DNA of 64,000 bases from assembly GCA_049840735.1 (NCBI GenBank), contig JASGJN010000025.1:64001-128000 (forward strand), read 5' to 3'. The stretch's first letter is position 1; every line of letters begins with the position of its first letter. This stretch comes from Anaeromyxobacter sp. GTDB taxonomy: Bacteria; Myxococcota; Myxococcia; Myxococcales; Anaeromyxobacteraceae. Positions 1-9,666 of the stretch are shown piece after piece. The notes under the pieces are model-generated. The model was not told the DNA's origin. It did no database searches and was given only the letters and a program-made list of their open reading frames with translations. A program made the position numbers and the translations under genes.

Positions 1-751
1 CCGGCCGCGCTGCTGGAGCAGGTGCAGCGGGCGCAGGCGGAGGTGCAGCGCATCCAGGGCGAGGCGCGCGTGAAGCTCTCCTCGCCCCAGGGCACGGGCT
101 CGTTCCGGCAGTTCGTCGCGGCCGAGCGGCCCGGCAAGCTGCACCTCGAGACGCTCGACTTCTTCGGCAACGTGGCGGCCGTGCTGGTGACCGAGGGCGG
201 GCGGTTCGCGCTGCTCGACACGCGCCAGAAGGTGCTCTACCGCGGGCCGGCCACGCCGGAGAACCTGGCCCGGCTCATCCCCGTCCCCCTGGCCGCCGAC
301 GACCTGGCCACCATCCTGTGCGGCTCCGCCCCGCTGCGCGGCACGCCCACGGAGCTCCGCCCCTCCGGCCGCGGCGTGGAGCTGGCGCTGGTCGAGGACG
401 ACGCGATCACGCGCGTGCAGGTGGGCGAGCGGGCGCTGGTCGAGCGGGCGGAGCGGGCCGTGGCCGGCGGCGCCGGGCCGGGCAGCTGGACGCTCGGGTT
501 CGACCTGCACCGCGCCCACGGCAAGGCCTTCGTGCCGGGGCACATCGCCCTGGCCAGCGCGCCCGCGCGCGTGAAGCTGGAGCTGACCTGGACCGAGCAG
601 CTGGAGGTGAACGGCGAGCTGGACCCGGCCCTCTTCCGGCTGGACCCGCCGCGCGGCGCCCGGGTGGTCGAGGTGGGCGAGGGCGACCCCACCCCGGACG
701 CCATCTTCCCGCTGGATTCCGCCGCCCGCCGGGGCCCCGCCGGGTCCGTGA
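1..751 (+). CDS. DUF4292/LolA-LolB-like outer-membrane lipoprotein-sorting-type protein (5' partial)
   Basis: About the first 230 aa of ORF 22..2148 read as a real beta-rich protein (GSFRQFVAAERPGKLHLETLDFFG...ELDPALFRLDPPRGARVVEV). The frame then turns into GC-shadow text. An out-of-frame TGA at 749-751 is the probable true stop, so the 3' end is uncertain. Confidence 0.5.
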
Positions 752-892
752 GGCCCGGGACGCCGCGCCGGCGGCTCCCCCCGCCTGCGCGGGAATGCGC
801 GGCCTGCCCGGCGGTTGGCACGAGGATCGGGCCCCGCTGGCGCGCGCCCGCGATTACACTCCCCGCTCCGTCCTCGACCCGGAGACCGCACC

Positions 893-1597
893 TTGGACTT
901 CACCTGGAAGCACCTCCTCGAGCAGGGCAGCCCCACCTTCTGGATCATCGTCGCCTGCTCGGTGGTGGCCATCGGCGTGTTCGTGGAGCGCCTGATCGCG
1001 CTCTGGGGCTTCATCGGCAACGCCCGCCGGCTGGCCGACGCGGTCACGCGGGCGCTCTACCGCGGCGACCTGGCCGACGGCCGCGCCCAGTGCGAGCGGT
1101 CCGGCTCGCCCGCGGCCGACGTCTTCCTGGCCACGCTGGTGGCGGTGGCGCCCTCGCGGCCGGGCGCGAAGCCGCCCAGCTGGGAGAAGATCGTCGCCGC
1201 CGCCGATCGCGAGCGGCAGCAGGTGAACCTCAAGCTGCGCCGCTACCTGTGGGTGCTGGGCACCGTCGGCGCCATCGCGCCGTTCATCGGCCTCTTCGGC
1301 ACCGTGGTCGGCATCATGCAGGCGTTCCGGCAGATGGCCGCCACCGGCCAGGGCGGCTTCACCGTGGTGGCCTCCGGCATCTCCGAGGCGCTCGTCACCA
1401 CCGCCGCCGGCATCGCGGTCGCCGTGCTGGCGGTGTTCATCTACAACTTCCTCAACGTGCACGTGCAGAAGCTGATGCTGCAGCTCCGCCTGCTCATCGA
1501 GGAGTACCTGGAGATCCTGGCCGACAACCTGCCCGCGCTCCGCGGCGAGGCGCAGCGGCCGGAGGCGCCGGCGGCGCGCCCCGGGGCCGAGGGCTGA
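893..1597 (+). CDS. MotA/TolQ/ExbB proton channel family protein
   Basis: Motifs APFIGLFGTVVGIMQAF and GISEALVTTAAG. TTG start at 893 follows GGAG at 881-884. Confidence 0.92.
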   Translation: MDFTWKHLLEQGSPTFWIIVACSVVAIGVFVERLIALWGFIGNARRLADAVTRALYRGDLADGRAQCERSGSPAADVFLATLVAVAPSRPGAKPPSWEKIVAAADRERQQVNLKLRRYLWVLGTVGAIAPFIGLFGTVVGIMQAFRQMAATGQGGFTVVASGISEALVTTAAGIAVAVLAVFIYNFLNVHVQKLMLQLRLLIEEYLEILADNLPALRGEAQRPEAPAARPGAEG

Positions 1598-1600
1598 GCC

Positions 1601-2068
1601 ATGGCGATGAGCAACCCGATGGGCGGCGGGGAGGACCTCGACTCCGAGGGCGGGGGCATCTTCGCCGACATCAACATCACGCCGCTCACCGACATCTTCC
1701 TGGTGCTCCTGATCATCTTCATGGTCACCACCACCGCCATCACCGAGTCCGGCCAGGACCGCGGCGGCTTCAAGGTGAACCTGCCCAAGGGCGGCAAGGG
1801 CGAGGCCCAGGACCTGCCGCAGGACCTGTCGGTGGCCATCCTGTCCGACGGCCGCGCCGTCATCGGCGGCAAGGTGATGGACGAGGCCCAGCTGGCCAGC
1901 ACCTTCCAGGCCTCGTTCCAGCACAGCGCCGACACGGTGGTGCTGGTGCAGGCCGACGAGGGCGTCCCGCATGGCCGGGTGGTGGCGGTGATGGAGGCGG
2001 CGCGCAAGGCCGGGCTGACCCGGCTGGCCATCGCCACCCGCGCCGACCAGGCCGGACAGGCCCCCTGA
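1601..2068 (+). CDS. exbD: ExbD/TolR biopolymer transport protein
   Basis: Motifs INITPLTDIFLVLLIIFMV and ADEGVPHGRVVAVM. Directly follows the ExbB-like gene. Confidence 0.92.
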   Translation: MAMSNPMGGGEDLDSEGGGIFADINITPLTDIFLVLLIIFMVTTTAITESGQDRGGFKVNLPKGGKGEAQDLPQDLSVAILSDGRAVIGGKVMDEAQLASTFQASFQHSADTVVLVQADEGVPHGRVVAVMEAARKAGLTRLAIATRADQAGQAP

Positions 2069-2161
2069 CCGGGCGGGCGGGCGAGGGCCCGCCGGGGCGA
2101 TATCGCCGGGGCGGCGCGTCGCTCGACCTGCCGCGCCGGCGACGCTAGGATCGACGCATCC

Positions 2162-3640
2162 ATGACCGGCCAGCCGAAGAAGCGCCTGGGTGAGCTGCTC
2201 GTCGAGGCGGGCGTGATCGACGAGTCCCAGCTCGCCTCCGCGCTCGCCTACCAGCGCCAGTGGGGCGTGCGGCTGGGCCAGGCGCTGGTGGAGATGAAGT
2301 TCGCCACCGAGGCGGACGTGGTCGAGGTGCTGGCCCGCCGCTTCAGCTTCGAGGTGGCCCGGCTGGACCGGCTCGACGGCTACGCCCACCAGCAGGCGCT
2401 GCAGCTGGTCGGGCGGGAGTTCTCGCTCAAGCACAACGTCTTCCCCATGCAGGCGGACACGAGCACGCTCACCGTGGCCATGTCCGATCCCACCAACCTG
2501 CAGGTGGTGGACGAGCTGCGCTTCCGCACCGGCCGCCGCGTGAAGGTGGCCATCGGCGGCGACCGCGAGATCGCCGCGGCCGTGAAGGACGCCTTCCCCA
2601 ACGCGGACGGCGGGAACGTGGACGCCATCGCGCTCGACCTGGACGCCGACGAGGGGCAGGGCGAAGCGGTGATGGACCCGTTCGGCGGCGGCACCGAGGA
2701 CGCCATGCACGCGTTCTACGGCGCCCCCTCCTCGCCGGTGCCCATCCCGCCCGAGTTCCTGGCGCCGTTCCCGGCGCCGCTGGCCCAGCCCGGCCCGCTG
2801 CGCGGCGCCCCCATGCCGCCGGTGGCCCCGCGCCCGGGCATGCCCGGGCCGGTCTCGCCCTTCGCGCCGCCCGGCGCCCCGCCCGGCGGCACCGCCTCCT
2901 TCCCCCTCCCGGCGGCGCCGGCCCCCGCGGCCCCGCCCCCGCAGGCGGGTCCGGCGCAGCGCCCTGCGCCGGCGCCCGGCCCCGCTCCGGTGGCCCCGCG
3001 CGCCGCCCCGCCGGCTGGTGCCGCGCCCCAGGGCGGCCCCGTCGCCGGTCCGCCGCGCCCGGTGATGGATCCGCGCCTCGGGCAGCGTCCCGGGGGCGCG
3101 CCCGCCGGAGCGCCGGCTGCGCCGCCTGGAGCGCCGGGCGGCCCGACGGCTTCCCGGACCGCCCCCGCGCCTGCCCCCGGCCGCCCGCCCGCGCCGACCG
3201 CCCCGCCACAGCAGGCCGCCCGGGCGCCCGCCGCTCCGGCTGCGCCCTCGCCCGTCACGGCGAGCATCCCGCCCGGCCCGGGGCCGCTCGTGGGCGGCTT
3301 CGAGCGCGGCGGCTTCGCCCACCCCACGGACGAGCACCAGCACGAGGAGCTGACGCCGCTGGAGGACGAGCTCACCCCCGGTCCGGCGCCGCTGCCGCGG
3401 CCGGCGCCAGGTGCGCCCGCTCCCGCGGCTCCGGCCCCGGCCGCCTCCAGGCCCCAGGCTGCGCCGGCCGCCCCGATGGTCAGCCGCGCCGCGCTCGACG
3501 CCCTGGCGCAGCTGGTGGGCAGCTCGCGGGGCAGCGCCGCCCAGGGGCCGGCCCTGGCGCTGGCCGGGCTGGCCCGGCTGCTCCTGCGCAAGGGGCTGGT
3601 GACCGAGGCCGAGCTCCTGGCCGCCCTGCGAGGCGAGTGA
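2162..3640 (+). CDS. MshEN/GspE N-terminal domain protein with long Pro/Ala-rich linker, no ATPase domain
   Basis: RLGELLVEAGVIDESQLASALAYQ (MshEN motif), then VAMSDP, a Pro-rich middle and a C-terminal LLLRKGLVTEAEL. Confidence 0.85.
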   Translation: MTGQPKKRLGELLVEAGVIDESQLASALAYQRQWGVRLGQALVEMKFATEADVVEVLARRFSFEVARLDRLDGYAHQQALQLVGREFSLKHNVFPMQADTSTLTVAMSDPTNLQVVDELRFRTGRRVKVAIGGDREIAAAVKDAFPNADGGNVDAIALDLDADEGQGEAVMDPFGGGTEDAMHAFYGAPSSPVPIPPEFLAPFPAPLAQPGPLRGAPMPPVAPRPGMPGPVSPFAPPGAPPGGTASFPLPAAPAPAAPPPQAGPAQRPAPAPGPAPVAPRAAPPAGAAPQGGPVAGPPRPVMDPRLGQRPGGAPAGAPAAPPGAPGGPTASRTAPAPAPGRPPAPTAPPQQAARAPAAPAAPSPVTASIPPGPGPLVGGFERGGFAHPTDEHQHEELTPLEDELTPGPAPLPRPAPGAPAPAAPAPAASRPQAAPAAPMVSRAALDALAQLVGSSRGSAAQGPALALAGLARLLLRKGLVTEAELLAALRGE

Positions 3641-3733
3641 CGGCGCGGACTTGGCACCCCGGGTCAGGCGGCGCTCCCCACCCTCCCTCGGACCCATTGC
3701 AGCTGGCCCCGTCCCCGTGACAGCCTGAGGTCC

Positions 3734-6082
3734 GTGCCGGTGGACTCGGACACGCCTCGGGACCCCGCCGCCCTGCGCTGCAGCCCCGACCCGGCCGGCG
3801 CTGCGGCGGCGCTGCTGGACGTGGCCGCCGGGGTGCTGCTCCGGGTCGACGGCGCCCTGGCCCAGCTGCTCCAGCGCCCGGTCGCCGACCTCGTCGGCGC
3901 CCCGCTCGCGGCGCTCGTCCACCCCGAGGATCTCGCGGCCGTGCGGGCCAGCCTGGCGCGGCTGCGCGACGGGTCGGTGGGCAGCTTCGCGCTGGAGCTG
4001 CGCCTGGTCCAGGCGGACGGGACGGCGCTGGCGGTGGGCGCGACGGTGGCAGCGGCCTGGGCGCCCGGCGAGGCCCCGCGCCACGCGGCGGTGGTCGTGC
4101 AGCAGCTGGAGCGGCGCCGCCGCGCGGAGCAGGCGCTGCAGGCCAGCGAGGAGCGCTGGAGGGCCATCACCCAGGCCTCGCGCGAGGGGTTCTTCGACTG
4201 GGACCTCGCCGGGGAGCCGCTGGCCTCCGATCGCTGGCTGGAGATCTTCGGCTTCGCGCCGGGGCAGCAGGTGGCGCTCGCGGAGTGGCGCCAGCGCATC
4301 CACCCCGAGGACCTGGCGGTGGCCGAGCGGAGCGTCGAGGACCACCTGGAGGGGCGCAGCGCGCTGGCCAGCGCCGAGTACCGGGTGCGCCTCCCCGGCG
4401 GCGAGGAGCGCTGGGTGCGGGCCCGCGCCCTGGCGCAGCGCGACGCGGCGGGCCGGCCGGTCCGGCTCTTCGGGACGGTGGCCGACATCACCGAGCCCCG
4501 CCGCGCCGAGGACGCGCTGCGCGCCCGGGAGGCGCGGCTGGCGTTCGCGCTGGAGGGGGCAAACGACGGGCTCTGGGACGTGGACTTCCAGACCGGCGAG
4601 ACGTACATGAGCCCCCGCGGCTGCGCCATCCTGGGCTACGCGCCGGGCGAGCTGGACGGGGTCATGTGGAGCTGGACGCTGATCCACCCCGACGACGAGC
4701 CCCGCACCCGGGCCCAGCTCCGCGCCCACGTCGAGGGGCGGGCCGAGATCCTCCAGGTGGAGCAGCGGCTGCGGACGCGCGCCGGCGACTGGAGGTGGGT
4801 GCTGACGCGCGGCAAGGTGGTGGCGCGCGACGCGGAGGGGCGGCCGCTGCGGATGTGCGGCACGCACACCGACATCACCGCCCGCGTGCGCGCCGACCAG
4901 GAGCAGGAGCGGCTGCGGGGCGAGCTGGCGCAGTCGCAGAAGATGGAGTCGATCGGCCGGCTGGCGGGCGGCGTGGCGCACGACTTCAACAACATGCTGC
5001 AGGTGATCCGCGGGAACGCCGCGCTGGCGCTGGAGGAGCTGCCGCCGGGCGGCGCGCTGCGCGAGTACCTGCAGGAGATCGAGCAGTCGGCCAACCACGC
5101 GGCCCAGCTCACGCTGCAGCTGCTGGCCTTCGCGCGGCGGCAGCCGGTGGCGCCGCGGGTGCTCGACCTGGACGAGCGGGTGGGCAGCACGCTGCGCATG
5201 CTGCGGCGGCTCATCGGCGAGGACGTGGCGCTGGACTGGGAGCCGGGCTGCGGGCCGTGGCTGGTCAAGGTGGACCCCGGCCAGCTCGACCAGGTGCTGG
5301 CCAACCTCTGCGTGAACGCCCGGGACGCCATGGCCGGGCGCGGCCGGATCACCATCCGCACGCGGCGCGTGACGCTGCGGTCGGACGACGTGGTGGGGCG
5401 CCCCGGGTGCGCGCCGGGCGAGCACGTGGTGCTCTCGGTGAGCGACACGGGCACCGGGCTCGCGCCGGAGGTGCGCGCCCACCTCTTCGAGCCGTTCTTC
5501 ACCACCAAGACCGGCAAGGGGACGGGGCTGGGGCTGGCCACCGTGCACGGCATCGTGCAGCAGCATCACGGGTTCATCCAGGTGGAGAGCGCGCCGGGGG
5601 CGGGCACCACCTTCCGCATCCACCTGCCGCGCGCGTCGCCCCAGGCCGCGGCCCCCGGGCCGGCGCCGGCGCCGGCCGCCGCGCCGGGCGCCGGGCACGA
5701 GACGCTGCTGCTGGTGGAGGACGAGCCGGCGGTGCTGGCGCTGGGCAAGCGCATCCTGGAGCGGCACGGCTATGCGGTGCTGACCGCGCCCGGCCCGGCC
5801 GCGGCGCTGGCCCTGGCGGCGGAGCACGCCGGGGACCTCGCGCTGCTGGTGACCGACGTGGTGATGCCGGGGATGAACGGGCTGGAGCTGCGAGATCGCC
5901 TGCGCGCGGCCCGCCCCGGGCTGCCCTGCGTGTTCGTGTCCGGCTACGCCGCCGGCGCCATCGGGCCGGGCGGCCTGCTCCCCGAGGGCGTGGACCTCCT
6001 GCCCAAGCCGTTCGACGGCGAGGTGCTGGCGGCCAAGGTGCGCGAGGTCATCGACCGCGGCGGGGGCGGGCGGCCGCGGTGA
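3734..6082 (+). CDS. PAS-domain hybrid sensor histidine kinase/response regulator
   Basis: Several PAS/PAC repeats, H-box AGGVAHDFNN, FEPFFTTK/GTGLGL, and a C-terminal receiver (VEDE, DVVMPG, KPF). Confidence 0.92.
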   Translation: MPVDSDTPRDPAALRCSPDPAGAAAALLDVAAGVLLRVDGALAQLLQRPVADLVGAPLAALVHPEDLAAVRASLARLRDGSVGSFALELRLVQADGTALAVGATVAAAWAPGEAPRHAAVVVQQLERRRRAEQALQASEERWRAITQASREGFFDWDLAGEPLASDRWLEIFGFAPGQQVALAEWRQRIHPEDLAVAERSVEDHLEGRSALASAEYRVRLPGGEERWVRARALAQRDAAGRPVRLFGTVADITEPRRAEDALRAREARLAFALEGANDGLWDVDFQTGETYMSPRGCAILGYAPGELDGVMWSWTLIHPDDEPRTRAQLRAHVEGRAEILQVEQRLRTRAGDWRWVLTRGKVVARDAEGRPLRMCGTHTDITARVRADQEQERLRGELAQSQKMESIGRLAGGVAHDFNNMLQVIRGNAALALEELPPGGALREYLQEIEQSANHAAQLTLQLLAFARRQPVAPRVLDLDERVGSTLRMLRRLIGEDVALDWEPGCGPWLVKVDPGQLDQVLANLCVNARDAMAGRGRITIRTRRVTLRSDDVVGRPGCAPGEHVVLSVSDTGTGLAPEVRAHLFEPFFTTKTGKGTGLGLATVHGIVQQHHGFIQVESAPGAGTTFRIHLPRASPQAAAPGPAPAPAAAPGAGHETLLLVEDEPAVLALGKRILERHGYAVLTAPGPAAALALAAEHAGDLALLVTDVVMPGMNGLELRDRLRAARPGLPCVFVSGYAAGAIGPGGLLPEGVDLLPKPFDGEVLAAKVREVIDRGGGGRPR

Positions 6083-6089
6083 GCGGCGC

Positions 6090-6467
6090 TCAATTCAGCG
6101 TGCCGGGCATCACCAGCGCGAAGGGCGCGATCTCGGCCTCGAACTCCTCGCCGTCGTCGCGCACCATCCGGTAGGTGCCCTCCATCGACCCGTGGGGCGT
6201 CTGGAGCACGCAGAAGCTGGTGTACTCGAACTTCTCGCCGGGGTCGAGGCGCGGCTGGTTGCCCACCACGCCCTCGCCGACGACCTCCTCGCGCTCCCCG
6301 CTGGCGTCGGTGATGATCCAGTGGCGGCCCAGCAGCGTGGCCGTCTCCTCGCCCTCGTTGCTGATCCGGACGGCGTAGCTGAAGAGGAAGCGGCCCGGCT
6401 CGGAGCGGTCGGGCCGGTAGGTCGCTTCGACGTCGACGCGGATACCCTGGGTGACGGCGGTGGACAC
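6090..6467 (-). CDS. apaG: ApaG (Co2+/Mg2+ efflux-associated) protein
   Basis: Motifs RHWIITDA, GEGVVGNQP, FEYTS and GSMEGTY. Confidence 0.95.
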   Translation of the reverse strand: MSTAVTQGIRVDVEATYRPDRSEPGRFLFSYAVRISNEGEETATLLGRHWIITDASGEREEVVGEGVVGNQPRLDPGEKFEYTSFCVLQTPHGSMEGTYRMVRDDGEEFEAEIAPFALVMPGTLN

Positions 6468-6586
6468 GCCCGTCCCTTATAACGCACCCGCGCCGGGGTG
6501 CCAGTTGTCCGCCCGGCCCGAGTGACGCCGCCGTGGCGGTCCGCCGGTCGCTGGCGGCCGCGATCGCGCCGGGTTAGAAGCCGCGG

Positions 6587-7453
6587 GTGCCCCTCCCTCC
6601 GCTGCTCCTGGCCGCTCCGCCGCACCCCCGTCGCGTGGTCTGCCTCACCGAGGAGACCACCGAGACGCTCTACCGGATCGGGGCGGGGGACCTGGTGGTG
6701 GGCGTCTCCGGATTCACCGTCCGTCCACCCGAGGCCCGGCGGAAGCCGCGCGTCTCGTCCTTCCTCTCCGCCGACGCGGAGGCGATCCTGGCCCTGCGCC
6801 CGGACCTGGTGGTGGGCTTCTCCGACCTGCAGGCCGACATCGCCCGCGACCTGGTGAAGCGCGGCGTGCCGGTGCTGGTCACCAACCAGCGCTCGGTGGC
6901 GGAGATCCTCCAGACCATCCGGCTCGTCACCGCGGCGGTGGGGCGGGGCGAGGCCGGCGAGGCCCTGGCCGCCGAGCTCGCGGCCGGGCTGGAGCGCGTG
7001 GCCGAGCGCGGCGCGGCGCTGCCCTGGCGGCCGCGCGTCTTCTTCGAGGAGTGGCCCGACCCGCTCATCTCCGGCATCCGCTGGGTGTCCGAGCTGCTGG
7101 AGCTGGCCGGCGGCGACGACGTCTGCCTCGAGAGCCGCGGCTCGCAGGGCGCGCGCGGGCGCATCTTCGAGCCGGCCGAGGTGGCCCGCCGGGCGCCGGA
7201 GGTGATCATCGCCAGCTGGTGCGGGAAGAAGGTGCGCCGCGAGGCCATCGCCGGCCGCGCCGGCTGGGGCGCCGTGCCGGCGGTCCGCGACGGGCAGGTC
7301 TACGAGGTGAAGAGCGCGGTGATCCTGCAGCCCGGCCCGGCCTCGCTGACCGAGGGCGTGGAGGCCCTCTCGCGCATCCTGGAGGCGGTCGCCCGCGGGC
7401 AGCCGCTGGCGCCCCCGCGCGAGGGGCTGAGGGAATACGCGGGGAGGGTGTGA
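6587..7453 (+). CDS. Cobalamin-binding / helical-backbone periplasmic-binding-fold protein
   Basis: Motifs RVVCLTEETTETLY, PDLVVGFSDLQ, FFEEWPDP and ILQPGP. Confidence 0.85.
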   Translation: MPLPPLLLAAPPHPRRVVCLTEETTETLYRIGAGDLVVGVSGFTVRPPEARRKPRVSSFLSADAEAILALRPDLVVGFSDLQADIARDLVKRGVPVLVTNQRSVAEILQTIRLVTAAVGRGEAGEALAAELAAGLERVAERGAALPWRPRVFFEEWPDPLISGIRWVSELLELAGGDDVCLESRGSQGARGRIFEPAEVARRAPEVIIASWCGKKVRREAIAGRAGWGAVPAVRDGQVYEVKSAVILQPGPASLTEGVEALSRILEAVARGQPLAPPREGLREYAGRV

Positions 7454-7488
7454 GCGCCGTACGTCGGGCTGGCGGCGTCGGGGCCTCA

Positions 7489-7835
7489 GGTCATCCCGAG
7501 CGAGTCATCGCGGCAGGCGAGGCGGGCAGGAAGGCCCGGTCATGCTGAGCGAGTCATCGCGGCAGGCGAGGCGGGCAGGAAAGCCCGGTCATGCTGAGCG
7601 AGTCATCGCGGCAGGCGAGGCGGGCAGGAAAGCCCGGTCATGCTGAGCGAGTCATCGCGGCAGGCGAGGCGGGTAGGAAAGCCCGGTCATCCTGAGCGTA
7701 GCCTCGCCGCCAGGCGAGGCGGGCAGGAAAGCCCGGTCATCCTGAGCGAGTCATCGCGGCAGGCGAGAGGCAGGAAAGCCCGGTCATCCTGAGCGTAGCC
7801 TCGCCACCAGGCGAGGCGGAGTCGAAGGACGACCG
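7489..7835 (+). repeat. Tandem array of six 47-50 bp truncated REP-like units ending in one complete palindromic REP-like element
   Basis: Units start at 7489, 7538, 7587, 7636, 7685, 7735 and 7782 (GGTCATSCTGAGCG...GGCAGGAAAGCCC). The last unit is GGTCATCCTGAGCGTAG-hairpin-CGGAGTCGAAGGACGACC. Confidence 0.92.
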
Positions 7836-7880
7836 GGCGAGGTGCGCGCATGGTGTGCGCCCCTGCGCTATACCGGAGCC

Positions 7881-8693
7881 ATGGAACCGAGGCTGCAGGG
7901 CATCCTGGACGAGGTCCGCCAGGCAGGCGGGCGGGTGGTGGCGCTGACCGGCGCCGGCATCTCCGCGGAGAGCGGCATCCCGACCTTCCGTGGCGCCGAG
8001 GGCTACTGGGTGGTCGGCTCGCGCAACTACATCCCGCAGGAGATGGCCACCCAGCGGATGTTCCAGGCCGCGCCCGAGGAGGTCTGGCGCTGGTACCTGT
8101 ACCGCTTCGGCGTCTGCCGCCACGCCCAGCCCAACGCCGGCCACGCCGCGCTGGCGCGGCTGGAGCAGGCGCTGGGCGAGCGCTTCACGCTGGTCACCCA
8201 GAACATCGACGGCCTGCACCGCCGGGCCGGCTCGGAGCGGGTCCACTGCATCCACGGCGACGCCGCCTGGGTGCGCTGCTCCGATGAGTGCGGCGTGGGG
8301 CTCCTGCCGCTGCCGGAGTTCCCGGTCCGCACCAAGGACGACGTCATCACCGCCGAGGACCGCCGCCGGCTCTCCTGCCCCCGCTGCGAGGCCTGGCTGC
8401 GGCCGCACGTGCTCTGGTTCGACGAGTACTACGACGAGGAGAACTACCGGATGGAGAGCGCCCTGGCCGCGGCCCACGCCGCCGACCTCCTGCTGGTGGT
8501 CGGGACCAGCGGCGCCACCAACCTGCCCATGCAGATCGGCCAGCTCGCCTACGTGAACGGCACCGCCCTGGTGGACGTGAACCCCGACCTGAACCCGTTC
8601 GCCGAGCTGGCCCAGCGCAGCAAGCGCGGCTTCTTCGCCCAGGGGAGCGCCACCGCGCGGCTCCCCGAGATCGCGGCTGCGCTGGGGGCGTGA
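7881..8693 (+). CDS. cobB: NAD-dependent protein deacylase (Sir2/CobB family)
   Basis: Motifs TGAGISAESGIPTFRG, TQNIDGLH, HG, a Zn ribbon with CxxxC/CPRC, RPHVLWFDE and VGTS. Confidence 0.9.
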   Translation: MEPRLQGILDEVRQAGGRVVALTGAGISAESGIPTFRGAEGYWVVGSRNYIPQEMATQRMFQAAPEEVWRWYLYRFGVCRHAQPNAGHAALARLEQALGERFTLVTQNIDGLHRRAGSERVHCIHGDAAWVRCSDECGVGLLPLPEFPVRTKDDVITAEDRRRLSCPRCEAWLRPHVLWFDEYYDEENYRMESALAAAHAADLLLVVGTSGATNLPMQIGQLAYVNGTALVDVNPDLNPFAELAQRSKRGFFAQGSATARLPEIAAALGA

Positions 8694-8810
8694 GGCGCGG
8701 TGCGGTGCAGGTCCACCGGACCTGCACCGGTCCAGGCGCTGCACGAACGGGACGGCCGGACCGGACAGTGCGGCGGGCCGGGACCCTGTCGATGTCGCCG
8801 TTCAGTGAAC

Positions 8811-8860
8811 CCGTTCGGCCTGAGCGTAGCCGCCGCAGGCGGCGGAGTCGAAGGCCAGGG
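8811..8860 (+). repeat. REP-like palindromic element
   Basis: CCGTTCGGCCTGAGCGTAG-CCGCCGCAGGCGG-CGGAGTCGAAGGCCAGGG, between convergent genes. Confidence 0.9.
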
Positions 8861-8870
8861 ATCCGCACCC

Positions 8871-9392
8871 TCACCCGCGCAGCTTCTCCAGCCGCGCCAC
8901 CCACTCCGCCGAAAGCCCGCACGCCTTCGCGCCGCTGATCAGCACGTCCAGGTACCCCGGCGACGCCGGCGCGTCCGCAGCCAGGCGGCGCCCCGCCGCG
9001 GCGCGGTAGGCCAGCGCCGGGACCGGCTTCCCGTCCGCACCGGTGAGCGTGACCTCCAGCGGCTCGTACAGCCCGGAGATGGCGCCTTCCTTGTGATCGA
9101 CCAGCCCGCGCGCGGCGCCCGGCATCGGCACCGCCAGCCCCTCCACCGCCTGGCCCGCGGCCTCGGCCAGGCTGGCCACCGCGCCGCCCCAGTGGCGCGA
9201 GTTCACATCGAAGGAGAGCCGGTACCCCGGCAGCCGCGCCGGGCGGGCGCGGGTGAAGTCCGGGACGGCGTAGCCGTGGCTCTCCGCCCACTCGGCGAAG
9301 GCGGCGCAATCCAGCGAGGAGCCGTAGACGAACCAGGTGAAGTCAGGGGTGGCGCGGGCCTCGTGGGCCTTGCCGACGACGTTGAGGGGCAT
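8871..9392 (-). CDS. Gamma-glutamylcyclotransferase family protein
   Basis: WFVYGSSL, ARLPGYRLSF, DHKEG...Y, and SPGYLDVLISGAKACGLSAEWV. ATG at 9392. Confidence 0.85.
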   Translation of the reverse strand: MPLNVVGKAHEARATPDFTWFVYGSSLDCAAFAEWAESHGYAVPDFTRARPARLPGYRLSFDVNSRHWGGAVASLAEAAGQAVEGLAVPMPGAARGLVDHKEGAISGLYEPLEVTLTGADGKPVPALAYRAAAGRRLAADAPASPGYLDVLISGAKACGLSAEWVARLEKLRG

Positions 9393-9436
9393 GGTGGCTA
9401 GGGAGATAACGGGACGTGCCGCCGCCGGCATGGGCG

Positions 9437-9592
9437 TCAGGGGGCAGGAGGCAGGTCCGCGCCCGCGGGTGCGGCCGGCGCCAGCAGCAACGGCGCGTTG
9501 CCGCCGTGCGCCTCGTACCAGCTCGGTCCCCAGGACAGCGCCAGCGCGAACAGGGTGAAGAGCGCAGCCTGCGCCCAGCGGGTCCGGGTCAT
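9437..9592 (-). CDS. Putative 51-aa small membrane/exported protein (below ORF-track cutoff)
   Basis: MTRTRWAQAALFTLFALALSWGPSWYEAHGGNAPLLLAPAAPAGADLPPAP*. GC3-rich codons, a hydrophobic N-terminal stretch, and TAGACT 8 nt upstream of the ATG. Confidence 0.5.
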   Translation of the reverse strand: MTRTRWAQAALFTLFALALSWGPSWYEAHGGNAPLLLAPAAPAGADLPPAP

Positions 9593-9666
9593 GGGGCTCG
9601 AGTCTACGCGCGCCACCGGCGCGCCCGTAGTGTCCCGATGTCACGGGGAAGTCCTCCGTGCTGCCC

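Noticed and set aside
854..5827. Very long alternative ORFs (e.g. 854..5827 -, 46523..51616 +, 14516..18337 -)
   Set aside because: Mostly Arg/Gly/Ala/Pro-rich shadow frames overlapping well-supported genes, as expected in very high-GC DNA. Only short parts correspond to real genes.
7489..7835. CRISPR array
   Set aside because: Units are contiguous near-identical tandem copies with no unique spacers. They derive from the REP-like element, and no cas genes are present.
7881..8693. SIR2-type anti-phage NADase
   Set aside because: It is a compact canonical Zn-binding CobB-type sirtuin with host codon usage and no defence partner.
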